From NCBI GenBank assembly GCA_036381015.1, contig DASVDR010000015.1, positions 16,675-80,674 of the forward strand: a stretch of DNA of 64,000 bases. The letters are read 5' to 3'. The position numbers and the translations under genes are program-made. Below the pieces are notes generated by a model. It was not told the origin of the DNA. It saw only the letters and a list, made by a program, of their open reading frames with translations, and ran no database searches. Each line of letters starts with the position of its first letter. Within the stretch, counting starts at the first letter, position 1. This document shows, in pieces, positions 10,016-19,633 of the stretch. This stretch comes from Gammaproteobacteria bacterium (lineage in GTDB: Bacteria; Pseudomonadota; Gammaproteobacteria; Steroidobacterales; Rariloculaceae).

Positions 10016-10657
10016 TCAAAGCTCGGGCACTTCGTCGGGAGAGCTGATCGACACTGATCTCATCGAGATCCACACATCCGCCGATTCTTGGCAGATCGTC
10101 TCGACCTGGTAGGTCGCGCAGGGACCGGCCAGGTTCAGGTAACCGCCGTCGAGACGGGCGAGATATGTCCGCGGCTCGTTGCGGAGAGTCAACCGCTGCC
10201 GGTTCCCTTGGCGGATTTCCACAGCACGCGTCGTCTCGGGCTCGAGCGAGACGCTTCCGCTCGCGATCGAAAATCGCCCCGACTCGCGCACGTCGATGCC
10301 GGAGAGGCGCGGGTCGTTCCGAGCGCGTGTCCCCCAGTAGGCCTGGTACACGAGGTCGTATGTGCCGTCATCCCGGATCCACATCCATAGCGCATGAAAG
10401 AGCCAGGACGAGTTGCTGAAGATCGGGTCGCGGCTTGGGTCCACCTCCGTTTGCCGAAAGAACCACGCACCGCGAAGATCGGCGCCTGCAACGGGAGCAT
10501 CTCCCGGCAAGTCCTGCGAGCCGTCGAACGGGCGCGCTTCCGGAAACTGCGTGCGCGAATCGTCTCGCACGTTCCTCGACACCGGGAACGTGCAGCTGCT
10601 CAAAGTCAACGCAATGAGCAGGCATGGCAACAGTGGTTTCACGTCTGTCAGCCCCAA
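10016..10657 (-). CDS. hypothetical lipoprotein
   Basis: 213-aa ORF with a lipobox-like LIALTLSSC near the N-terminus. The start is non-ATG: TTG 10657 or GTG 10642. Confidence 0.5.
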   Translation of the reverse strand: MGLTDVKPLLPCLLIALTLSSCTFPVSRNVRDDSRTQFPEARPFDGSQDLPGDAPVAGADLRGAWFFRQTEVDPSRDPIFSNSSWLFHALWMWIRDDGTYDLVYQAYWGTRARNDPRLSGIDVRESGRFSIASGSVSLEPETTRAVEIRQGNRQRLTLRNEPRTYLARLDGGYLNLAGPCATYQVETICQESADVWISMRSVSISSPDEVPEL

Positions 10658-10994
10658 TTAGCAAAGGCGCTGTGCCACCCGTCCTCGGCCGCCATAGCAG
10701 CTCCCGTCGGTGGCCGGGCGACCCCGAACCTGCCCGGTACCCGGTTCCCGGACCGTTCATGCACGCCGGAGACGGGGAGCTCGCGCGGTGCTGTCGGTTA
10801 AGCGCGGCTGGCGGCCAAAAGGTTCACGACAAAGCGATTCCGGGCGTCACGGGCTCGGATTCCTCGTCTCGAGGCGAGCGAGGCGCATCGTGAAGAGGCT
10901 CGTCGTTCTCGCGCCCGCAGCCGACCTGCTGCGACCGAGCGGCCTGTCGTCGTCCGCGATCGCCTCGCGCGCATCGACGAGCGCGCCCCTTTTT

Positions 10995-11771
10995 TCAGTG
11001 GGTCATGCTGTAGACCAGATAGTCGACGGCGACTTCGTACGCTTGACCGGTAAATGGCTCGGGGTAGGCCGGGTTGTCGGCCTGTTCCCAGCCTTCGCCG
11101 TAGTCGACGTTGTGCGAGATCACGACCATCCATCGGCCGTCGTCGTCGCGGATGCCGCGCCAGTGCGGCGTGACGCCATCCACCCGCTCATAAGTCAGTC
11201 CCGAGTACATGTAGTTCGGTCCAGGTACCTGCAGACGCTCGCCGATCTCGTACGGTATCGTGTAAATGGGGTCGTCCTCCGAGATATTCTCGATCGGCCG
11301 GTCCGGGAAAATCTTCCGCATCCCTTCCATGAAGATCTGCCACTCGTACTCGCCGTGAAAGTCGTCGACCATCAGGAAGCCGCCCCGCAGCAAGTGCTCA
11401 CGCATTCGCCTTGCCTGGGCATCGCTGAACGCCCAGGATCCGACCTCCACGGCATACAGCCACGGGTAGTCGAACAGGTCGTCTGAATTGGGGCTGACGA
11501 CGTGCCCTTCCGGGTGCACGTCGATGAGCGTCAACCGATCGACGGCCTGCGAGAAGTGGTACTCGGCGCCGGGATAATCCACCGACCAGCCGCTGCCGCG
11601 GCCGGCGCCGTCGTACGCGAGCCGCGCGAACGTCCACTCCTTCGGCTCGCCGACCAGCGGCCCGTCGGGAGCAGGAGCGAAAAAGCGGCGAAAGCCGCGC
11701 TGCGCGAAGACGACCGAGGTCAGCGTGCCGAGCATCACCACCGCGACGATCAGGCGGATGCGTCGTTCCAT
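10995..11771 (-). CDS. DUF4159 domain-containing protein
   Basis: 258-aa ORF with an N-terminal TM/signal. Blocks WTFARLAY, DYPGAEYHF, DLFDYPWLY, GGFLMVDDFHGEYEW match my memory of DUF4159. Confidence 0.75.
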   Translation of the reverse strand: MERRIRLIVAVVMLGTLTSVVFAQRGFRRFFAPAPDGPLVGEPKEWTFARLAYDGAGRGSGWSVDYPGAEYHFSQAVDRLTLIDVHPEGHVVSPNSDDLFDYPWLYAVEVGSWAFSDAQARRMREHLLRGGFLMVDDFHGEYEWQIFMEGMRKIFPDRPIENISEDDPIYTIPYEIGERLQVPGPNYMYSGLTYERVDGVTPHWRGIRDDDGRWMVVISHNVDYGEGWEQADNPAYPEPFTGQAYEVAVDYLVYSMTH

Positions 11772-11891
11772 GCACAGCCTCCGGAAATTCGGGCGCTCTC
11801 CGAATGGTAACGCAGAGTGCCTCCAGAGGTCGCTGCTGGGAAACTTCCGGTGGCGGCGCTAGAGTGTCCCCACTGGACGAAAGACAGGGTT

Positions 11892-12137
11892 ATGGCTCCA
11901 ACGAAGAAGCGACAGCGTCGGAAGCACGAGGTAAAGGCCGAGCTGCATAACTTCGATCTAGCGAAGGCACGGTCTTCCCTGAACCTTCAGATTTACGCCA
12001 ACAAAGAAAAGATCGGCGAGCTGGAAATAGGGCGGGGCTCCCTCTACTGGTACGGGCGCGGGCGACACAAGAGCAAGCGCATAAACTGGACCAAGTTCGC
12101 CGAAATGATGGACGAGTTGGCCTACGGTCGACGATGA
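11892..12137 (+). CDS. small basic hypothetical protein (81 aa)
   Basis: ATG at 11892 (MAPTKKRQRRKHEVKAELHNFDL...GSLYWYGRGRHKSKRINWTKFAEMMDELAYGRR). Locally lower GC than the flanks. No family recognised. Confidence 0.5.
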   Translation: MAPTKKRQRRKHEVKAELHNFDLAKARSSLNLQIYANKEKIGELEIGRGSLYWYGRGRHKSKRINWTKFAEMMDELAYGRR

Positions 12138-12212
12138 CGTTGGCTCGATCCGCCTCAGTCGTCCCAATACTCGAGACCATCGGCTGCGCGGTGCAGAGCT
12201 TCGACTCGGCCG

Positions 12213-13616
12213 TCATTCCGCCCCGCCGCAACGCACGCTCGCGTCGCGGCGGCCGATCCACACCGTCTTGACGTTCACGAATTCCCGCAGCCCGAAAGTG
12301 CCGAGCTCGCGCCCGTAGCCGGACTCCTTGACCCCGCCGAACGGCAGGCGCGGGTCCGAACGCACGTAGTCGTTGACGAAGCAGTTTCCCGCGTGCAAGC
12401 GTCGCGACGCGATCTCGCGGCCGCGCTCGACGTCCTGCGTGAAGACCGCCGCGCCGAGCCCGTAGCAGGTCCGGTTCGCGAGCTCGATGGCTTGCTCGGC
12501 GTCCGCCGCTTCGACGATGGCGGCGACGGGACCGAAGACTTCCTCGTCGAATGCCGCCATGCCCGGTTGGACTCCGGTCAGCACGGTCGGCGGGTAGAAG
12601 AATCCGGGCGAGTCGGGGAGCGCGCCGCCCACGACGCACGCCGCTCCCGCGGTGACGCTCCGGCGCACCTGCTCGTGGACCTTCTCCCTGCCCTTCGCCT
12701 GCGCGAGCGGTCCGAGATCCGCGCTGGGATCGAGCGGATCCGCCGCGCGCTTCGCCCGCATCGCTTCGACGAACGCGTCGACGAAACGCTCGAGCAGCGG
12801 CGCCTCGACGATGAACCGCTTCGCGGCGATGCAGCTTTGACCGGAATTGATCAAGCGGCTCTCGACACAGCAGCGGACCGCGAGCTCGAGGTCCGCATCG
12901 CGCAGCACGACGTACGGATCGCTGCCGCCGAGCTCGAGCACGGTCTTCTTGACCGCTGCGCCCGCCGCGGACGCGACCGCGCGGCCGGCCGCGACGCTGC
13001 CGGTCAACGTCACGGCCGCGATCCGCGGATCGGCAATGATGCGCGCGACCGCGGCCTTGTCCACGAGCGCAACGCGGACGACGTCGTCCGGCGCGCCGGC
13101 CTCGACGAAGAGCTTTTCGATCGCGAGCGCCGTTCCCGCGACGTTGCTCGCATGCCGCAGCACGGCCGTGTTGCCGGCCATCAGCGCGGGCGCCGCGAAT
13201 CTGAAGAACTGCCAGAGCGGGAAGTTCCACGGCATGATCGCGAGCACGGGGCCGAGCGGCCGAAAGACGACTTCGCTGCGCTCCGCCTCCGACGCGATGA
13301 TCTCGGGCGAGAGGAGCGCCTCGGCATGCTCGGCGAAGTGCTCGCAGACCCACGCGCACTTCTCGACCTCGGCCTCGCCTTGCCGCAGCGGCTTGCCCAT
13401 TTCGGTCGCGATCAAACGCGCGAGCTCGCTCGCCCGATCGCGCAGACGCTCGGCGAGCGCCGTCAGGCACGCAGCGCGCTCGGCGAAGCCGGTTTCGCGG
13501 AAGGCGCGAAAGGCCCGGCTCGACGCGTCGAGCAGCGCATCGATCTCCAGGTCGGTGTGGGGCTCGTAGCGGGCGATGACCCGCCCCGTGGCGGGATTGA
13601 CGGTCGTGATAGTCAT
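12213..13616 (-). CDS. NAD(P)-dependent aldehyde dehydrogenase (succinate-semialdehyde dehydrogenase-like)
   Basis: ATG at 13616 (MTITTVNPATGRVIARYEPH). ALDH motifs ELGGSDP and catalytic Cys block NSGQSCIAAKRF, about 467 aa. The longer 498-aa ORF start is less likely. Confidence 0.9.
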   Translation of the reverse strand: MTITTVNPATGRVIARYEPHTDLEIDALLDASSRAFRAFRETGFAERAACLTALAERLRDRASELARLIATEMGKPLRQGEAEVEKCAWVCEHFAEHAEALLSPEIIASEAERSEVVFRPLGPVLAIMPWNFPLWQFFRFAAPALMAGNTAVLRHASNVAGTALAIEKLFVEAGAPDDVVRVALVDKAAVARIIADPRIAAVTLTGSVAAGRAVASAAGAAVKKTVLELGGSDPYVVLRDADLELAVRCCVESRLINSGQSCIAAKRFIVEAPLLERFVDAFVEAMRAKRAADPLDPSADLGPLAQAKGREKVHEQVRRSVTAGAACVVGGALPDSPGFFYPPTVLTGVQPGMAAFDEEVFGPVAAIVEAADAEQAIELANRTCYGLGAAVFTQDVERGREIASRRLHAGNCFVNDYVRSDPRLPFGGVKESGYGRELGTFGLREFVNVKTVWIGRRDASVRCGGAE

Positions 13617-13821
13617 GGCTTCTGCATCTGAATCGGCTTCGGTGCAACCGCACCGGATGCAGGATTCGGGCCGCGCCTCACCCAGACGGGTGATCGAAGG
13701 GCGATGCATTTCCGAACGGTCGAATTCGGAGTCCGATCTACCACGAGTTCCTTACGAAGTACGACATCCTGCACACGTCATTCGGCAGATGCGCGTCCGC
13801 CTCCGCGGCCCCGCCTCTCGA

Positions 13822-13950
13822 GAAAAAGGTGTCAGACACCTTTTCTGCTACCGGCAGTGGGTGAGCTCGCGGGCGGAAAAGGTGTCTGACACCTTTTTCT
13901 TGCTCGGAAAAGGTGTCTGACACCTTTTTCTTGCTCCTTTTTTCTTGCTC
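13822..13950. repeat. three tandem palindromic hairpin units (REP-like / bidirectional terminator array)
   Basis: The core palindrome AAAAGGTGTC-N-GACACCTTTT occurs at 13824-13844 and within each of the two units below. A 31-bp unit GGAAAAGGTGTCTGACACCTTTTTCTTGCTC is perfectly duplicated head-to-tail (13875-13905, 13906-13936). A partial TTTTTCTTGCTC follows. Confidence 0.85.
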
Positions 13951-13958
13951 GCGCGAGC

Positions 13959-16628
13959 TCAGAAGCGCAAGGACAAGCTCACTCCGTATTCTCTCGGCGC
14001 GTCCACGCCGCTGAAGTCGAACTGCCAGATGCTGTCCATGAACCCCGAGTTGAGATACACCTCGTCGGTGATGTTGTTGACGAAGCCCGCAAGCTCCCAA
14101 GCGCCGTCGGCGGGCGTGTAGACGGCACGCGCGTTCCATCGCCAGATATCGCCCGCTGGCGCGTTGGCGGGGCCGCCGTAGATGTCCGGCCTGAAGTTCG
14201 GGATTTCCGACCGCCAGAACTCGCCCTGGTAGTTGCCCTCCAGCCGCAGCTCCAAATTGGCGCCGTCGCCGCCCAGAGGCAAAACGTAGTCGCCCCAAAT
14301 ATGGTAGGTCTGCTCCGGCGCACCGCCGAACTCCGTGTTTTCGGTGAACTGAGCGGTCGGATTGACGTTCACGTACGCCGTGTCGAGCCAACCGAGGTCC
14401 GCGCCGAAGGAGAGTCTGTCCGTGGCGAGGAAGCCGAGCTCGAGCTCCAGGCCGTCGGCCTCCGCGTCGGCCGCATTCGCCGTGAACACCTCCGTGATCG
14501 GGTCGCCCGTCGCCCGGTCGATGACCGATTGCGCGGCCTGCACGCCGATCCAGTCCATCATGAAGTAGGTGGCGTTGAGCCTGAGGCGGCCGTCGATGAA
14601 GTCGGCACGCAGGCCGATCTCGGTGTTTTCGATGATCTCCGGGTCGAACGGCGTGATGAACGTGCCGAGAGAATCCCCGCTCAGGTCCGCGCCGCCGGCC
14701 GTGAAGCCCTCGCTGTAATTGAGGTAGACCATCGCGTTGTCCGTCACGTCGTAGCTCGTGGCGAGCCGGTAGGTCGTCTCGTCGAATTCGGCCGGAACGA
14801 GCGTGGCGGGATCGACCAGAGGACTGGTGACGGCGCCCTTCGGATCGATGAACCCGTGATCCCATTGAGTCGGGCGCTCCTCGACGAATCCGGCGGCTTC
14901 GCCGCCTGCGAGATCGAGGCCGTAAAACGTGTTCTCCTGATCGTGATAGCGGAAGCCGAACGTGACGTCCCAGCGATCGGTGATGTCGAAGGTCACATCC
15001 GTGAAGATCGCGAAGCCTTCCTGGTGATCGAACTCGCCGCGGTCGTGGGCGGGGCCGGTACCGTTGAACCCGACGACGGTCGCGAAGAGCGGCACCCACG
15101 CGTTGAAGGCGTCGCAGGGCCTCGGCCAGCCGTCGACGCTGTTCGGGTCGAGCGACGGATCGATCGTCGGGAACTGCCCGTTGCCGCTCAGGATCGAGGG
15201 GTTCAACGCCGGATCCGAGCTGCTGAAGTCGAAGCCGTAATCGGCCGGCGTCCGCTGGCAGGTCTCGCTCTCGAGCACGTCCTCGTAGCTCAGCGTCTGC
15301 GGAATGCCGGCGTCGATCGTCCGGAAGGCGCCGGGAGGCGGAGGGTTCGGCCCGGCATACGGTCCGCTGTCCGGATCCGATCCGCCCGCGCCGCCGCCCC
15401 AGCCCTCGGGGAAGCTCCAATCCGAGTGGGACCACTCCGTCTCTCGTTCTCTTTCCGTCTGGTCCCAGGTGAACGCGCCCGCGACCACGTGGACCCGATC
15501 GGAGTCGAAGTTGAGTTGCAGCTCGTGGCTGTCGAACTCTCTGAAGCCGACGTTGTAGTTCGTGAAGAAGTTGAACTCGGCTCCGGCGAAGTCGGTCCAT
15601 TGCTCGTCCAGGAGCTCCGTGTCGCCGAACGTGTATCGCAGGGACGTCCGATCGCCGATGTCGTAATCGACGATGAATGTCGTAGAGTCGACGTCGATCT
15701 CGTCGGGGCTCGTCAATGCCGTCGTGGATTGGAATTCGTCCAAGTCGCCGCCTGGGCACCCGGCCACCTGCGACTTACAGTCGAATCCCCGGCCGCCGGC
15801 CGCGAGGCTCGCGATGTGATGGGCCTCGGCAATCCCGATCTGCCAACCGAATCGGTAAGCCACGTCGAAGTTGATGAAGGTCTGCACGCCCGCCGTGGTG
15901 TTGATTTGCTCGTCCTCCTGACGAATGAGGCGGAAGCTCAGACTGTCCGTGGGGGTCCACAGCAGATCGCCGCGAAGGGCCTCGTTCTCGAGCAGGCCGT
16001 GATCTATGCCCGTCGTCACGCTTTCGACGTAGCCGTCCTTCTTGTAGGAGGCCAGCGTCCATCGGCTCAGCAGGGTTTCGGTGATGGGAACGTCGATCGA
16101 CGCGCTGACGTCGCGGCGATCGAAAGAGCCGGCGTTGAGCTTGATCGTCGCGCCGAACTCGTCCTGCGGCGGCTGCGTGTAGATCATGACCGAGCCGCCG
16201 GCGGAGTCTCGGCCGATCAAGGTGCCTTGCGGCCCGCGCAGCACTTCCACGCGATCGAGCTCGATGAACTGGCGCTGCAACAGGCCGGCGTCGGAGACTT
16301 GCCAGACGCCGTCGACATATACGCCGACGTTCGGGATGCCGCGCATCGTCAGCGTCGAGTTGGTGACGCCGCGGCCGGTCCCGTAGAAGAGCACGTTGGG
16401 CACGTTCGCGGTCAGATCCTGGGCGTTCTCGATGTTGCGCATCTCGAGATCGTCGGAGCTGATGGCCGTGATGGCGAGCGGCGTGTCTTGCAAGCTGACT
16501 TCGCGCCGTGTGGCCGTGACGATGATCTCTTCGAGCGCGCTCCCTTGCTGCGCCCAAGCCGCCGGCGACGCGGCGCCGAGCCCTGCCATTGCCGTGACGA
16601 CCGCGGCGCTGAGTGGTGTGCGTCTCAT
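13959..16628 (-). CDS. TonB-dependent receptor
   Basis: 889-aa ORF with a signal peptide, a plug region (EEIIVTATRREVSLQDTPLAITAISSDDLEMRNIENAQDL), a long beta-barrel body and a terminal aromatic residue (...SLSLRF). Confidence 0.9.
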   Translation of the reverse strand: MRRTPLSAAVVTAMAGLGAASPAAWAQQGSALEEIIVTATRREVSLQDTPLAITAISSDDLEMRNIENAQDLTANVPNVLFYGTGRGVTNSTLTMRGIPNVGVYVDGVWQVSDAGLLQRQFIELDRVEVLRGPQGTLIGRDSAGGSVMIYTQPPQDEFGATIKLNAGSFDRRDVSASIDVPITETLLSRWTLASYKKDGYVESVTTGIDHGLLENEALRGDLLWTPTDSLSFRLIRQEDEQINTTAGVQTFINFDVAYRFGWQIGIAEAHHIASLAAGGRGFDCKSQVAGCPGGDLDEFQSTTALTSPDEIDVDSTTFIVDYDIGDRTSLRYTFGDTELLDEQWTDFAGAEFNFFTNYNVGFREFDSHELQLNFDSDRVHVVAGAFTWDQTERERETEWSHSDWSFPEGWGGGAGGSDPDSGPYAGPNPPPPGAFRTIDAGIPQTLSYEDVLESETCQRTPADYGFDFSSSDPALNPSILSGNGQFPTIDPSLDPNSVDGWPRPCDAFNAWVPLFATVVGFNGTGPAHDRGEFDHQEGFAIFTDVTFDITDRWDVTFGFRYHDQENTFYGLDLAGGEAAGFVEERPTQWDHGFIDPKGAVTSPLVDPATLVPAEFDETTYRLATSYDVTDNAMVYLNYSEGFTAGGADLSGDSLGTFITPFDPEIIENTEIGLRADFIDGRLRLNATYFMMDWIGVQAAQSVIDRATGDPITEVFTANAADAEADGLELELGFLATDRLSFGADLGWLDTAYVNVNPTAQFTENTEFGGAPEQTYHIWGDYVLPLGGDGANLELRLEGNYQGEFWRSEIPNFRPDIYGGPANAPAGDIWRWNARAVYTPADGAWELAGFVNNITDEVYLNSGFMDSIWQFDFSGVDAPREYGVSLSLRF

Positions 16629-16955
16629 TCCCCCGTCCCCCTATACTGGATTGGTGTGGCCGACAAACAACATCGCTGAGGCGAGTCTCGTCCGTCCAGT
16701 ATCGTCGCAAAAGTGAGAGAAAAACAACAGGTGCCGGGAGCTGCGACTTGCTCGCTGCGGCAGCTTGGAGGCGCAAGCGACGCCTGTTCCGCCTGGCCGA
16801 TCGACTGCCGCGGCCGATCACACGGGTCTTTTCCCGTGCGGAAACGGCCCGCGAGCAGGCACGCGAGCAATGCGCCATCATTGCCTATGCCGCGCCTCCG
16901 CGGTGGCGGCCGGCCGACGAGCGGCCAGAGTGCGAGAACGAGAAGGAGGATTTCC

Positions 16956-19604
16956 GTGCCGCAAGATTCGAGACGTTTCCTTCGCGCAATCTGCGGCCTG
17001 ATTCTCTCGGCCGCAGCCGGCGCCGGCTTCGCGCAGGCGCCGATCGTCCAGCCGGGCGCCCCGGGCGATCAGAGCCGATTGCTCGGCGCCGAAGAAGCCA
17101 TCGAGCTGGCAAACACGAGCTATACGCGGGCCGACGTGCAGTTCATGCAGGACATGATCCCGCACCATCAGCAGGCCATCGAGATGGCCGCGCTCGTGGC
17201 GGACCGCACGAACCGGCAGGAGCTGCTCGACGCGGCCGCGCGCATCGACGCCTCGCAGGCCGACGAGATCGAGTTCATGCAGAACTGGCTTCGACAGCGC
17301 GGCGAGGACGTGCCGGAGCCGGCCGAGCATCACGCGATGCACACGAGCCGCAAGATGGCCGGCATGGCGTCGCCGGAGCAGATGGCCGCGCTCGCCGCGG
17401 CGCGCGGGACCGAGTTCGACCGCTTGTTCCTCGAGCTGATGATCAAGCACCACGAGGGCGCGGTGACGATGGTCGAGGATCTGCTCGACCAGCCCGGCTC
17501 GGCGTACGAGCCCGCGCTCTTCGAGTTCACGACGGACGTGACGAACGACCAGACCGCGGAGATCGAGCGCATGAGCGCGCTGCTCGCGAGCATTTCCACG
17601 GACCCGCGCGCCGGCTTGGAGGCCGGATTCGAGGATGCGGCCCAGGCGATGCTCAACATGGACCTCGTCGCGTCGCTGCCGAAGCCGCCCGGTTTCTACG
17701 ATCCGGAGAATCCGGCGGGGCTGCCGCCGAAACGTCTGGCGGAGCTCGCCGGCGACGCCGCCCCGAAAGAGACGGGCCGGGAGCGCGCGGCCGGCGGCGA
17801 GGCCCGGGCCGCCGAAGAATCCGCCGCGGCAGCCGTCGCCGACGAGGACGGCGGTGCCGACGAGAACGCCGCCGCGGGCGAGGAAACTGCCGCCGGCGAG
17901 AACGCCGCCGCGGGCGAGAACGCGGCCGCGGGTGACGAAGCCGTCGCCGACACGGAAGCCGATGCCGACACGGAAGCCGATGCCGATGCGGAAGCCGATG
18001 ACGACGAGGAAGACGACGACCGCGGCAACGACCGCCGTCCGCTCCTCACTTTCGCCAATACCGACATCGCGTTCCGCGGCGACGTGATGGTCGTCGGCAA
18101 CTACCACGGCTTCAACATCTATCGCCTCGGCGACGACGGCGTGCCGAAGCTCCTCTCATCCGTCGTTTGCCCGGGCGGGCAGGGCGACGTCTCGATCGTC
18201 GGCGACCTCCTGCTGATGTCCGTCGAGCAGACCCGCGGCCGGATCGACTGCGGGCTCGAAGGCGCCGGCGGCGACGTGAACCCGGAGCGTTTCAGGGGGC
18301 TGCGCATCTTCGACATCAGCGACTTGACCCGGCCCGTGCAAGTGGGCCAGGTGCAGACCTGCCGGGGATCTCATACGCACTCGGTGGTATCGGCCGACGA
18401 CCGCAGAATCGTCGTCTACAACTCCGGCACGTCGAGCGTGCGCGACGAGGAGGAGCTCGAGGGCTGCATCGGAGAGGTGCCGGGCGATACGCGCACGGCC
18501 CTCTTCCGTATCGACGTGATCGAGATCCCGGTCGACGATCCTTCGAAGGCGCGGATCGTCGACAGCCCGGCCGTGTTCGCCGACCCCGAAACGGGCATCC
18601 TCGCCGGTCTCTGGCGCGGCGGCGACCATGGCGAAGACACGCAGGAGACCAATGCAACGGATCAATGTCACGACATCACGGTGTTTCCGGACCTCGACAT
18701 CGCGGCCGGCGCGTGCTCGGGCAACGGGATCGTCTTCGACATCGCCGATCCGCTCCATCCGGAGCGTATCGACGCGGTGATCGACACGGGCTTCGCCTAC
18801 TGGCACTCGGCGACGTTCAACAACGACGGAACCAAGGTGCTCTTCACGGACGAATGGGGCGGCGGCAGCCGGCCGCGCTGCCGTGCGCACGACCCGCTGA
18901 GCTGGGGCGCGGATGCGATCTACGACATCGTCGACGGCAAGCTCGAATACCGCAGCCACTACAAGCTCTCGGCGCCGCAGGCCGACACCGAGAACTGCGT
19001 GGCCCACAACGGCTCGATCGTTCCCGTGCCGGGCCGGGACATCATGGTCCAGGCGTGGTATCAGGGCGGCATCTCGGTGATCGACTTCACCGACTCGGCC
19101 CACCCCGTCGAGATCGCCTTCTTCGACCGCGGCCCGATCGACGAAGAAGAGCTGGTCGTCGGCGGGTTCTGGTCGGCCTACTGGTACAACGGCAGGATCT
19201 ACGCCACCGAGATCGTGCGCGGCATCGACGTGCTTGCGCTTCTGCCGAGCGAATTCCTGACCGAGAACGAGATCGCCGCCGCGGCCGTCGCGGATCAGGG
19301 CCCGGTCTTCAACCCGCAGCAGCAGTTCCGCGTGACCTGGCCGGCCGAGCCGGTCGTGGCGCGCGCCTACATCGACCAGCTTCGGCGGAGCGACGCGCTC
19401 GCGCCGCCGGCGATCGAGGAGCTGATGCGGGCGCTCGACCTTGCCGAATCGCGCATCGAGAGCGGTGCGCGCGACGACGCGCTGGCCGCGAGCCTCGAGT
19501 CCCTGGCGGACGGCCTGGAAGCGGATGACGGCGACGCCGCGGTCGCAAAACGGAAGGCGGGGCTCGCGGAGACGTTGAGCGGCCTGGCCGCGCGGCTCCG
19601 CTGA
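16956..19604 (+). CDS. Tat-exported DUF305 domain / acidic linker / beta-propeller (LVIVD-repeat-like) fusion protein
   Basis: GTG at 16956, 5 nt after AGGAGGA, with twin-arginine signal SRRFLRAICGLILSAAAGAGFAQA. DUF305 blocks FMQDMIPHHQQAIEMA and LMIKHHEGAVTM. Ala/Glu/Asp low-complexity linker. C-terminal ~560 aa with propeller-like repeats. The upstream part of the 963-aa ORF looks non-coding. Confidence 0.75.
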   Translation: MPQDSRRFLRAICGLILSAAAGAGFAQAPIVQPGAPGDQSRLLGAEEAIELANTSYTRADVQFMQDMIPHHQQAIEMAALVADRTNRQELLDAAARIDASQADEIEFMQNWLRQRGEDVPEPAEHHAMHTSRKMAGMASPEQMAALAAARGTEFDRLFLELMIKHHEGAVTMVEDLLDQPGSAYEPALFEFTTDVTNDQTAEIERMSALLASISTDPRAGLEAGFEDAAQAMLNMDLVASLPKPPGFYDPENPAGLPPKRLAELAGDAAPKETGRERAAGGEARAAEESAAAAVADEDGGADENAAAGEETAAGENAAAGENAAAGDEAVADTEADADTEADADAEADDDEEDDDRGNDRRPLLTFANTDIAFRGDVMVVGNYHGFNIYRLGDDGVPKLLSSVVCPGGQGDVSIVGDLLLMSVEQTRGRIDCGLEGAGGDVNPERFRGLRIFDISDLTRPVQVGQVQTCRGSHTHSVVSADDRRIVVYNSGTSSVRDEEELEGCIGEVPGDTRTALFRIDVIEIPVDDPSKARIVDSPAVFADPETGILAGLWRGGDHGEDTQETNATDQCHDITVFPDLDIAAGACSGNGIVFDIADPLHPERIDAVIDTGFAYWHSATFNNDGTKVLFTDEWGGGSRPRCRAHDPLSWGADAIYDIVDGKLEYRSHYKLSAPQADTENCVAHNGSIVPVPGRDIMVQAWYQGGISVIDFTDSAHPVEIAFFDRGPIDEEELVVGGFWSAYWYNGRIYATEIVRGIDVLALLPSEFLTENEIAAAAVADQGPVFNPQQQFRVTWPAEPVVARAYIDQLRRSDALAPPAIEELMRALDLAESRIESGARDDALAASLESLADGLEADDGDAAVAKRKAGLAETLSGLAARLR
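17810..18030 (+). repeat. in-frame acidic low-complexity tandem repeats
   Basis: Encodes ...ENAAAGEETAAGENAAAGENAAAGDEAVADTEADADTEADADAEADDDEEDDD. Short 12-18 bp units are visibly reiterated, e.g. gccgacacggaagccgat twice. Confidence 0.8.
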
Positions 19605-19633
19605 AACCGCTCACGGGCGCGGGGGCCGGAGGG

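Noticed and set aside
13875-13936. Possible CRISPR array, given the tandem identical 31-bp units.
   Set aside because: The units are directly adjacent with no spacers. There are only 2-3 copies, each unit is itself a palindrome with A/T tracts (terminator/REP-like), and no cas genes are present.
16629-16955. Possible cobalamin or other riboswitch in the leader of the TonB-dependent receptor. On the minus strand it reads ...ACGGGAAAAGACCCGUGUGAUCGGCCGCGGCAGUCGAUCGGCCAGGCGGAACAGGC....
   Set aside because: There is only a vague resemblance to the GGGAA/B12-box pattern. The core B12-box (…AGCCxGGAxACCxGCC-like) is not matched. An Infernal scan would be needed, so it is not called.
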